Source: the human T2T-CHM13v2.0 reference genome, Homo sapiens. From it: a stretch of 64,000 nucleotides of DNA. The stretch lies in the NCBI RefSeq assembly GCF_009914755.1, contig NC_060928.1, one strand, 5' to 3'. The notes under the pieces are model-generated. The model had not been told where the DNA came from and searched no databases. It saw only the letters and a list, made by a program, of their open reading frames with translations. This document shows positions 28,252-39,370 of the stretch, in pieces (the stretch's first letter is position 1; every line of letters starts with the position of its first letter). A program made the position numbers and the translations under genes.

Positions 28252-29438
28252 TTATCCAAAATATTGTTTAATGAGAACTAAAAACATAGGAATTTGGGTG
28301 AAGAACAAATTTCTTCACACTTTTTATGATTCCTTATCGACACCTCCTACCCACTAATTCTTCAATCTGGCCAACAAAAATTTGATCACAGATATGTTTG
28401 TTTCACCTTTAAAGTCTTTACAAAGCACTTAATCTAGTCTTAAATACAACTGTTCACATGCATTTCGCATCAATTTATATAGTACTTAGTTATAACATTA
28501 CAATAATAAATACACTGCAAATCAGGTTTGGTAACACATCCACTTATATTAACAATGCCCTGATGCACGTTCAATAATTTTGTCTTTTCACCCTCAATAG
28601 GTAAAGAGGAGAGAGAGGGAGAGAGAAAGAAACACTAAATGTGTTTTATAAGCAAAATCAGCTGTTACATCATGATGATTGTTCAAACAGCTTTCTTCGC
28701 TGATACAATTGCAAAAAGATTATAATGTCCAGTCAATTGCATTGGCCTAATCTAGAGTATAAGGGTTTTGCTTCTGGGAATTTGTGTTTATATATAAAGT
28801 AGGTTTTTTAAGTTAGTATATATTGAAAATAATTAGTGGCTTACCATAATACTTTCTCTAACAATCTTCTGATACACAATATCTCTTTTTTCTATATTAA
28901 GCTTATTAAATTTGTTCCCTAGGTACTTAAAATATGTCTTATATTCCATATAGCAAACCTACAAGATGGATATGAATATCCTTATTCTGCAGATTAGAAA
29001 AATGAGGACAATGTTGTCAAGTGACTGAAGTGGACCCATAGGTAGCTGTTTCCCAATACTATTTTGAATCTCAGTTGTATGCTCTGCATTTTCGGCTCAA
29101 CACTACCACCTCCTGAAAAGACTTTTAAGCAGAATTTAGAGGAAAACAAATCAAACACATCAGAAAACATCAAAGCAAATGCATTAAATAAGATTATACT
29201 GAAATAAGTTGGACACACTGTGGAGATTTCCACTTCTGCCCATGAAGAATTAACAGCTACAGAAATTGCTTTCTGAGAGTAAATGACTAGAAACCTGGAA
29301 AAAAAGATATGAAGCAACAGTTTTAGGTGACAAACAGCACAAGACTAAAACACCTGATGGGGGAAGAAAACAAATGAGATAAGATTTATGTCTGGAGGAA
29401 TTTTCTATAGCAAAGTGAAGGGAACCTGAACTAAAGCC

Positions 29439-29582
29439 CAGCAGTGGATTGAACAGCTTCAGGATTTCAGGAGGCTGAGGTAACCACAGCAGTGGATTGA
29501 ACAGCTTCAGGATTTCAGGAGGCTGAGGTAACCACAGCAGTGGATTGAACAGCTTCAGGATTTCAGGAGGCTGAGGTATCCA
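29439..29582. repeat. 48-bp tandem repeat x3
   Basis: cagcagtggattgaacagcttcaggatttcaggaggctgaggta(a/t)cca at 29439, 29487 and 29535. Confidence 0.97.
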
Positions 29583-30898
29583 GAAGTTGAAAGGTAAAGT
29601 ACTTTGGTAGAATAAGATACATACCGGGAGAACTTTCAAGATCTTCAGAAGAGACTCTTCCAGTTTTGCTTGTTTGTTTTGTTTTGTTGCAAAATAGAGA
29701 TGAGAGGAAATTCCATGAGACTGGGGAAAGAAAGCAGTAGGCAAAATAATTCTACGGCAACTGCATTAGGAATACTTCATGTCCTATCTGCCAGAATGTA
29801 GGGACTTCTTAATATATGGGGTTAGTGTAGAATCCAGAAAGGACACATCCCTTAGTAGAAGGGTTAAATTAGTTAATTGTGCTAAACTAGCACAAGAATA
29901 CAGATGTTCTAGACCCAACCTAACAAAGCTCAATAGGATAAAGTAGGATAAAACTAACCCATAAGGTTCTTACCTGTGTGACTAAACAAAATCCAAAACT
30001 CTTTAAAAAATGTAAAAAAAAATAGCACAAATAACATAAAATTCACAATGTCTACCACCCAGTAAAAAATTACCAGGCATGCAAACTAACAACATTTGGC
30101 TCATAACCGGGAGAAAAATAAACCCACAGAAACATATGCAGAAATAACAAAGATGATCAAATTAGTAAAAAAGGATTTCAAAAGATTATTATAAATCTTA
30201 TGGTTATGCTCAGTGAAGTAAATGAAGATAAACATAATATGGAGAAAATAAAAGATATAAAAAGACTGGAATGGAACTTCGAGAAATAAAAAACATGTCA
30301 AAAAGGACAATTACATTCGATTATAGAAAAAGCATCTAAAAGATTAGCAAACTTGAAAGCCTACCAATCAAAATTATTCAAAATGAAGCACAGAATGCAA
30401 AGAAAACCAGGTTGAACAGAAAAGAACAATCTTTCATTCAGTTTTAAGACAATATTTAGTGGTCTAACACATTTGCAATTGGAGTTCTAATAGATAATTT
30501 CAAGGGAGAAAAATATTTAAAAATGTATACCCCCAATTTTGCAAATTTATTTGTTTAAATAAAAACAAATTGAGCACATAAACACAAAATATCTGAAAAC
30601 CAATAATATAGATAATTTTAAAATAAACCAGGAAAAAAACACATTATATACAGAGAAATAAAAATAAATGTGGCAGAAAATTATTACTAGAGATCACATC
30701 AACCAGAAGTAAATTGCATGGCCTCTTTAATGTGCTAGAAAATGTTAGCTATGAATTCTATACTCAGTGAAAATATCTTTCAAAAATGAAGGTGAAATAA
30801 GATTTTTCCTGGTCAACAAAAAGAGTTTTATCAAACATAGGCACAACAAATGATGTCAAAATTGATTCCTCTTGCAAAAGGAATGATAACAGGCTGAC

Positions 30899-31213
30899 TT
30901 TCTTTCTTTCTTTCTTTTTTTTTTTTTTTTTTGAGACTAAGTATCTCTTTGTCACCCAGGCTGGAGTGCAGTGGCGGGGTCTCAGCTCACTGCAACCTCT
31001 TCCTCTGAGGTTCAAGCGATTCTCCTGCCTCAGCCACCCTAGAAGCTAGGACTACAGGCGCCTGCCACCACGCCCAGCTAATTTTTTGTATTTTTAGTAG
31101 AGACAGCGTTTCACCATGTTGGCCAGGATGGTCTTGATCTCCTGACCTCGTGATCAGCCCGCCTCGGCCTCCCAAAGTGCTGGGATTACACACGCGAGCC
31201 ACCAAGCCCAGCC
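30899..31213 (-). mobile_element. AluS (Sc-like)
   Basis: Dimeric Alu with (CTTT)n/T tail. Confidence 0.94.
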
Positions 31214-31355
31214 TGACATTTTTACCTATGCAAAGGAATAAAGAGCACCAAAATGGGAAAAGTGTGAGTAAATATAAAACACCCTGTTCTTAATTTTTAG
31301 CCTCTTTAAAAAGAAAATTGAGACTTCTGGTTCTGTATAAGAAGTTTGAAAGTAA

Positions 31356-31965
31356 TGAGGGAGAAGAAAAGGAAAAATCAGTTAGGTAAACAGTTAAGGC
31401 TGGTCCTCGGAGAGGCAGCCTGCCTGAAAAATCGCAGCTACAGGCAAAAATAGAGCAGCCTGGGGAAAACTCAGGATGCACCTGCACAGACAAGCACGCA
31501 AGGTCCGGCACAGAAGCCTTTTGTTCTTCGTGTGATTAACCAGCTCCCAGGGAAAAGTTTCCCCTTCTTTTCAGACATGTATGCAGTGGGCTCGGTGGGA
31601 ACTTGCACAGGGAGGAGGGGGCTTCCCTAAAACAAACCCACAGTTTTACAAACAAGAGAAGCGGTGCTTTGTGCTTGCCTAGAGTCATACCCACAGCTAC
31701 ACAGACAAGGGGGAGTTGAGCAGACAGCTTTTCAGATGAAGAAAAGTTACGCAAACAGCTACAGAACTGAGAGGAGTTTCTTATACAAACTTTTGGGATT
31801 CAACTGTAAAAACGGAAAACCACTTGGCTCCCCGCTCCCCTGCAGAGAGCTTTCATTTTTTGTTCATTACACTTTCACTCCAACCTCACCATTTTCATTT
31901 TCACCCATGCTCCTTAATTTTCTCAGTCATGAGACAATAAGCTGAGATAACACCTTAGACAACAA
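31356..31965 (+). mobile_element. LTR9-family (HUERS-P3, ERV1) solo LTR; 3' terminus disrupted
   Basis: Starts tgagggagaagaaaaggaaaaatcagtt; body matches recalled LTR9/LTR9B; no terminal CA or matching TSD visible on the right. Confidence 0.8.
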
Positions 31966-31983
31966 GTTAGGACAAAGTGTCCT

Positions 31984-33121
31984 TTTGAAACAGACAATGA
32001 GATGCAGAAGGGCACTGGGCTCCTGTCTTTCCAGGGCAAGGACAAGTCGGGCTCAGCTGTGTGCAACTTGTTCACTAAAGGGCTCTGTGAGAAACGGAAA
32101 CTGCCCCTTCTGGCATGACCAAGGGAAGATGATGGTGGTGTGTAAGCACCGGCTCTGGGGGCTGTGCAAGAAGGGCGACCACTGCAAGTTCCTGCACCGG
32201 TTGACCTCCTGCGATGCCCGAATGCTACTTCTACTCCACGTTCCCGCACCAGTTGACCTCACTGTGATGCCCAAATGCTGCCTCTACTCCACGTTCCTAC
32301 ACCGGTTGACCTCACCGTGATGCCCAAGTGCTAATTCTACTCCACGTTCCTGCACCGGTTGACCTCACCGCGATGCCCAAATTCTACCTCTACTCCACGT
32401 TCCTGCACCGGTTGACCTCACCGCGATGCCCAAGTGCTAATTCTACTCCACGTTCCTGCACCGGTTGACCTCACCGCGATGCCCGAATTCTACCTCTACT
32501 CCACGTTCCTGTACCTGTTGACCTCACCGCGATGCCCGAATGCTACTTCTACTCCGTGTTCCTGCACCAGTTGACCTCACCGCGATGCCCGAATGCTACC
32601 TGTACTCCACGTTCCTACACCGGTTGACCTCACCACGATGCTGGAATGCTACCTGTACTCCACGTTCCTGTACCGGTTGACCTCACCACGATGCCGGAAT
32701 GCTACCTGTACTCCACATTCCTGCACCGGTTGACCTCACCGCGATGCCCGAGTGCTACTTCTACTCCAAGTTTTGTCTCCGTGTAAATATCGCCATGTCC
32801 CCAGAATAATGTGTCTCAACTATTTCGTGGCTTCTGCCCTGAGGGACCCAAGTGCCAATTTGCTCATCCCAAGATGAATCTTTTATTCAACCTGAGTTAC
32901 ACGAAGTCATCTCCACCATACCCCTTTGCTGTTCCAGATATTTAAATGGTGCTCAGGTTAACACCACTTATGCCAGTGCTGCAGCTCTTTGGATACACAG
33001 AGACAAATGTAGGGATCCGAGAGGCCACTTCCAACGACTGTTGCTATCTCTTGCCTCTACAGATTATTCTGTTCTATTTTTATTTTATAAGTTTAGAAAG
33101 AGAGTATTAAGCACTAAAAAA
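31984..33121 (+). pseudogene. CPSF4L: Processed pseudogene of CPSF4L (CPSF30-like CCCH zinc-finger protein): 5'-truncated, frameshifted, one exon missing, VNTR-containing
   Basis: Intronless. Translates in pieces as FETDNEMQKGTGLLSFQGKDKSGSAVCNLFTKGLCEK / CPFWHDQGKMMVVCKHRLWGLCKKGDHCKFLH / MPECYFYSKF / CKYRHVPRIMCLNY / FCPEGPKCQFAH, matching recalled CPSF4L much better than CPSF4. Short A-run at 33116-33121. The symbol names the parent gene. Confidence 0.88.
32188..32772. repeat. 53-bp minisatellite, 11 copies
   Basis: Consensus gttcctgcaccggttgacctcaccgcgatgcccgaatgctacttctactccac; units start at 32188, 32240, 32293, 32346, 32399, 32452, 32505, 32558, 32611, 32664, 32717. Confidence 0.98.
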
Positions 33122-33689
33122 CAGGACACTTTGTCCTAACAATTGCTAAAAAGCTAAACTGAAAAATGAACTTTTCTCAGATTCATTAGAGAAGTGAAGC
33201 CACGGGGAAAAGGACTGCCCCTCTATATTGGAGAGACAGAAAGGCCGATACAGGAATCACAGTGTGCCAGAGCAGAAAGTCAAGAGCAAGAACTCTTTGG
33301 GAATCAGTGGTGGAATCTGAACTGGAATTGACAAATTTCTGTAAGGTAGACGTGGACAAGTGTGAGAATTAGAACCCCCAGGAGGACCCAGTCATAGAGA
33401 AGCAGCCGTACATTTACATCTTGTATCTCCAGGAGTTTCACCAGGACCTGATATTGAAGATTAGGGAAAAATCCCCTTGTACTTCCAGCAAGGGGTGGGG
33501 AAAAGGAACCCCAGGTTGAAATAGGAAACAGGGCAGAACATTCAGTTTTGGAAAAGATTTCCCCTCAAGAGAAACTAACAGAGCCAAACCTGCTGGGATT
33601 TTCTTAGAGCCTAAGTGAGGTGGGCAAGGGGAGAGTCCCAACCCCAGCTGCTCAAGCTTTTCTGTTCCACTTAAGAAGAAGGGGAGGGT

Positions 33690-34073
<384 letters not shown>

Positions 34074-34616
34074 TCAAGGCTCACCATAAAGTTCTGCGTT
34101 CACAACAGTGTGGTATTTCTATAAAGATAAAATGTAGAATAAAGGAACAGAATAGAGATGTCAGAAACAGACTTATACGTAGTTATTTTTCAAGATGTTG
34201 CCAGGTAATTAACAGGAAAGAATAGTCTTTTCAAAAAATGATGCAAGGACATTGGGTTATTTATATGAAAAAGAATTCATTTCAACCCTTATTTTATACC
34301 ATTTAAAAAATTAAATTTACATGGATTATTAAATTTATGAGCTAAAGTTCAATAATTCCTAGAAGAAAACATGACCTTGATTTGGTAATCATTTCTTAGA
34401 TAGGACACAAAAAGAACAAATTATAACAGAAAATTGATAAATTGAATTAGTAAAAATGGGAAAAAATTTTAAATGACTTTTAAGAAAAGGAAAGGTAAGC
34501 CACCCCTAGTTCAAAGAAACTTGCACAGCAGGTATCTGATGAAGGTCTGTATCCAGAAACATAATGTATCTTGATTAGAAGAAAGTAATCAACTCAATTA
34601 AGAAATAAGGAAAATG

Positions 34617-34912
34617 GGTCGGGTGCGGTGGCTCACGCCTGTAATCCCAGCACTTTGAGAGCCCAAGGCAGGCGGATCACGAGGTCAGGAGATAGAGACC
34701 TTCCTGGCCAACATGGTGAAACCCTGTGTCTACTCAAATAAAAAAAAAAAAATTAGCCGGGCATGGTGGCACACGCCTGTGGTCCCAACTACTCAGGAGG
34801 CTGAGCAGGGAAATCGCTTGAACCCAGGAGGGGGAGGTTGCAGTGAGCCCAGGTCACACCACCGCACTCCAGCCTGGGTGACAGAGCAGGATTCTGTTTC
34901 AAAAAAAAAAAA
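34617..34912 (+). mobile_element. AluS (Sc-like)
   Basis: Dimeric Alu with A-tail. Confidence 0.95.
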
Positions 34913-37892
34913 GAGGAAATGGGGAAAATGTTTGACACTTCACTAAGAAACGTGTATAAATGGCTAATAAACACAAGAAAAGATGTACGGTATCATTAAT
35001 CATTAGGGAAATGTACATTAAAACCACCAGGAGTCACCACCACACATGTAGAAAGCTTAAACCTTTTAAGGTTGACAAACCTCAAATACCGATGAGGAAG
35101 TAAAACAACCACCATTCTCAGACATTGCTGAAGAGAATCAGAATCATTCGGCCACTTTGGAAAACAGTACACATCATGCTTTACAGAAAGAAGTGGTATA
35201 GAAATGAGCAGAGGCACTAGTGTCCCTTTAGGACCATTATATTCTAAAGTGCCAATTGGTAAAATTATTCTTTAGTTCTACCTGGAAAATCTACTTCTAT
35301 AATTTAACTTGTAATTCTGATCTATGATATCTTTCAGAACACGCCTATGTGAACTTAATTAAATCTTGGTCCAAACATGCTTATTTTTATTTCTTCTTTA
35401 TTTTATTTATTTTTACTTATTTTTTAAATGAGAACCAGGATAATGAGATATTTCTTCTTTTACAAGAATATGAAGTTTACCTTTCATTTAAAACAGTACT
35501 ACTGGCACCTTGTCATATAAAATTTTACATGGAGTTACATATTCTAAGAACAGCTATCTGAGAAATGTGTAATTTCTTTTTCAATAGTTTTTTATGTTTA
35601 TTATCCTATGATGTATGTGAAGACATATTTCATATGTAATTATGAGATTATACTTAATTATATTTCCAAAGGTGAAGAAATTTTTGTATTTTTATTTTAA
35701 AATAACAATAGAAAAGTATTTGAAATATCTTTTTAAATTCTCAATTATGATTCATAACATCTTATTTTTATTTCACTTCTTACTTTTGTGTCTTTTTTCC
35801 TTCCATCCTTCCTTTCCTTCTTTCTTTTCTCATTTGGATTATTTTTAACTGGTGCCTCAGTTCTTCTTAAGTATATAGAACTTCTAAAATTATAAGCAGA
35901 GAATGGTATTTGGTTCCCAGAAAACTTAGATTAAAGAGTTAAAAGTTACTCATTATCATATAGAGTTCCTCAGCAGGTCATTTTGTAATGAGAGCAGACT
36001 CAGTATTATAATATAAACCTCACTGGTCCTGTATTCTTTACAATGAACAACCAAAGACCCTTTATGAAGCTTGACATATTTTAAAACATTCAACATAGTT
36101 TTATTTCATGTCCTTGCTATTTTATAAACAGGCCTTCAATAGTCACATGATGAGGACTTTTGGGATAATCTACCTGAAATGTACCACTCTGCCCTTTCTG
36201 TTCTTCTGCAAGGCAAATCTGAGGAATTTTTTTTATTGTTCATTTTTCCAAGAATTCCTACAAACTGATGTCTTTACTGCCTACAAAGTAGCAGGATTTT
36301 AAAAAGTCAGATAACTCTGTTTGCACTGATATGGCCAAATATTTCCAATTTTCAGGTTAATTCTCCACTTTTTAACCCAGACAAACAAACATTGGATTAG
36401 ATTTTACAAGATGTGCAATTAAGAATAAATGACAGTTGCCTCTATATATCAAAACCAAGCACGGACACAAAACCATGCTTGCACTCAGTCTTCTCTGAAG
36501 AAATCACATTACTCTTTTCCTTCTTCCTATTTGGTTACTTTTATGAGGAATGAAACCCCATGTTGCAAAAAGAATAAAGAATACTCTTCACCATTTTTTT
36601 TTTAATTTTGCAAATTTATAAATAAATGGGTACAATTTCTTACTAAGTTTCTCATTTTCAGCCTAGGCAGAGACATACTTGCAGCTATCTTATTTATCTC
36701 AGAGAAACCAGCAATGAGAGCTTTAAGCCTAGCAAAAGTCAGAAGACAACCAATAAGAGATTTTGGCATAACATTAAAGATAGACCAAGCTAAGACAAGA
36801 ACGAGGATTTTTTTCAATATGGATAATCCAGGAAGAAACCACAAGAATAATGACTTTTAAAATATCCAAACAAATGTAAATTTCTCTTCCCCCTAACCCT
36901 TACAGAAAGCAAACAGAAAACATCAAAACCAATTGAGAAACTCCAAGTAGGCACAAGCACTTCAAAATTAATACAGAAAAGGCTAACTTTATAAAATGAG
37001 TAAATTTCGATACAGAATTATATTCACACAATGAATCAGGATTATTTCCACCCCATACATGGTCTTTATCAAGAGAAAGGGATGTAAAGAATATGAACCT
37101 AAACATCACCGTTTTCTATTTTAGGTGACAGCATTCTGTGACTCACTAGAATTAGAAAACAGTGACATTAGAATTAGTGACAATTAGAAGGGAAAGGAAG
37201 AAAGGGAAAGAATGGCATCTTTTACTTACTCGTGATAAAAGCAACAGGAAGGAGTTGGCATCAGGGAAGATAGATTGGACTTAAGCTGATTCTCACTGCT
37301 ATAATTATCTACTGTGTCTGGTTTTGATCCTGTTTACTGTGTGATACTTGATATCATAATGAACTGTTGATTGTGTTTATGAACATTTGCAAGGTGCTCG
37401 TTTGCTGCTATTTTTCGGTTAGAAATGTTGTTTTGTGTGCCAAAAATGGCCTGACCAGCTGAAAATAATTCTATATAATTTCAATTTAATAGAGATACAC
37501 TTTCCTAAATTCAATTTTATGCAGTTTTGTTACAACTTGCTAAACCACAGGAAAAAGGGAAAAAAAGGACATACTATGTATATAATTCCCTTCAACCACT
37601 TCCTCTGCTTGTACATTTGTTGCCAGAAACAATTTTATGATTTGCGATCGGCAATAGCATTTTCAAAAAATGGTAATTTTTTTCCCAAAAATTACCAATA
37701 ATTTTTTATTCTAAAAGCCATGACAACTTGACAAAAAATATGTTAAATTTCTAGTCTCTTTTTAATGCAAATATATTAAAAACTAAAAATGAATTTGTAC
37801 TCAAAAAATTTCTGGCACAGTCTCCCTTAAGAAAATCCCTAATTGGATAGAATAGGCATGTTCCCATAATTCACTATTATTAAGAAACTATT

Positions 37893-38222
<330 letters not shown>

Positions 38223-38527
38223 CTAGCTGGATCTCTCCATCAACAACATTTAGTGAACATCATTAGGCTGTGCAGCTTGGAGAAATGTTCAGAATTATTT
38301 AAAATTTATCCATGATGAAGAATAATAGAATTAGCAATGTCATCATTACCTAGGTACCTGGCCTTTAAAAACACAATATTAACAATTTTATTTCTTCCCA
38401 AAATGTTGCCCCTTTTATCAGTTTCCTGATTGTGTTTTCAGCTGATTTTAGTTATTTGGTGCTATGTAAGATTTAAGGGGTGTGTGTGTGTGTGTATCAC
38501 AGATATTGAATGCATAGCCCAATGCCC

Positions 38528-39058
38528 ATATCTTAGTTATTGATATCTGTATAACATTTATGCAGAACTTTATGGCTTAAAACAACGGGCACTTGTTATC
38601 CCCCAGTTTCTGTGGGACAGGGTTTGAGTCGCTCAGCCAGGTATTACTAGTGCCAGCTCAGGGTCTCCTGTGTCTGCAGGTAGAATGCTGTCATGGGCCA
38701 CAGTCATCTCAAGGCTCCACTGAGGCTGGAGCATCCCCTTCTGGAACTCTCATGGCTATAAAATGAAGAAGTCACTTGGTTGCTGTTACCTTGCTGTGTG
38801 AACCTCTCCACAAGGTTATTTGAGTGTCCTCACTAATGGCATCTGGCTTTCCCCAGAGTGGGCAAACTCTCAATAGAGGACAAGTGAAGGGGAAGCTTTT
38901 TATGGCTTAGTCCCTGTAGTCACCCCGCCGTTCCTTACACGTATTCATTGGAATCAAGCCACTACGTCCCACCGATGTTCAAGGGAAAGGGACTTAGGCT
39001 CTAATTCTTCAAGGAGAAGGTGTCAAGGAATTTGTGAACATATTTACAAATCTTTACA
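38528..39058 (-). mobile_element. MLT1F-like MaLR LTR
   Basis: ggcttaaaacaac...cagtttctgtggg...gtcatctcaaggct...aaggaatttgtgaacatattt motifs. Confidence 0.75.
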
Positions 39059-39298
39059 ATAACTTTTTGCATACATCCATGCACTGGTATAACCTAGCAT
39101 TTATGCTAATAAAGTGTTATGTGCATGCTTTTGGTTAGTGTCTAGATAGAATTTTTTTTGTGTGTAATTTACTTTCAATCCATCTGTGTCCATATATTTA
39201 TAATATGTTTCTTATAAATGGTGCATAATTGGATCCTATATTGTATCCTGTCTCATAGCTTTTGTCTTCAAGTAGAATGTTTTCACCCCTTATACTTT

Positions 39299-39370
39299 TT
39301 ATTTTCTTTTATATATATACTGCTCCTTGCAGAGCAGGGATACCCAATAGGCAGTGTGCCAAGAGTAGCC
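39299..39370 (-). mobile_element. Short A-tailed retroposed small RNA (52-nt body) with 15-bp TSD
   Basis: Minus strand GGCTACTCTTGGCACACTGCCTATTGGGTATCCCTGCTCTGCAAGGAGCAGT plus A-rich tail; TSD ca(c/a)cccttatacttt at 39284-39298 and 39371-39385. Confidence 0.8.

Larger units (their letters stand above)
29220..31320 (+). mobile_element. Ancient L1M (5'UTR/ORF1-region remnant)
   Basis: A-rich plus strand with degenerate L1M 5' and ORF1-like sequence; boundaries approximate. Confidence 0.6.

Noticed and set aside
29250-29744. 164-aa ORF with repeated PQPPEILKLFNPLL
   Set aside because: Its length comes from the 48-bp triplication on the antisense strand of an L1 remnant.
32188-32772. CRISPR-like array or expanded zinc-finger array gene
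   Set aside because: Units are head-to-tail with no unique spacers and the DNA is primate. The 53-bp period shifts frame every copy and each unit contains TGA, so no long ORF spans the array.
31984-33121. Functional CPSF4/CPSF4L gene, or a retrocopy of CPSF4
   Set aside because: No introns, missing N-terminus, several frameshifts. Residues such as EMQKGTGLL, GDHCKFLH and RHVPRIMCLNY match recalled CPSF4L, not CPSF4.
31966-33140. Gene-capturing DNA transposon with 18-bp TIRs
   Set aside because: The right-hand repeat appears continuous with the flanking L1 sequence, there is no convincing TSD outside the repeats, and the cargo is a spliced mRNA copy. Kept instead as an insertion-site anomaly.
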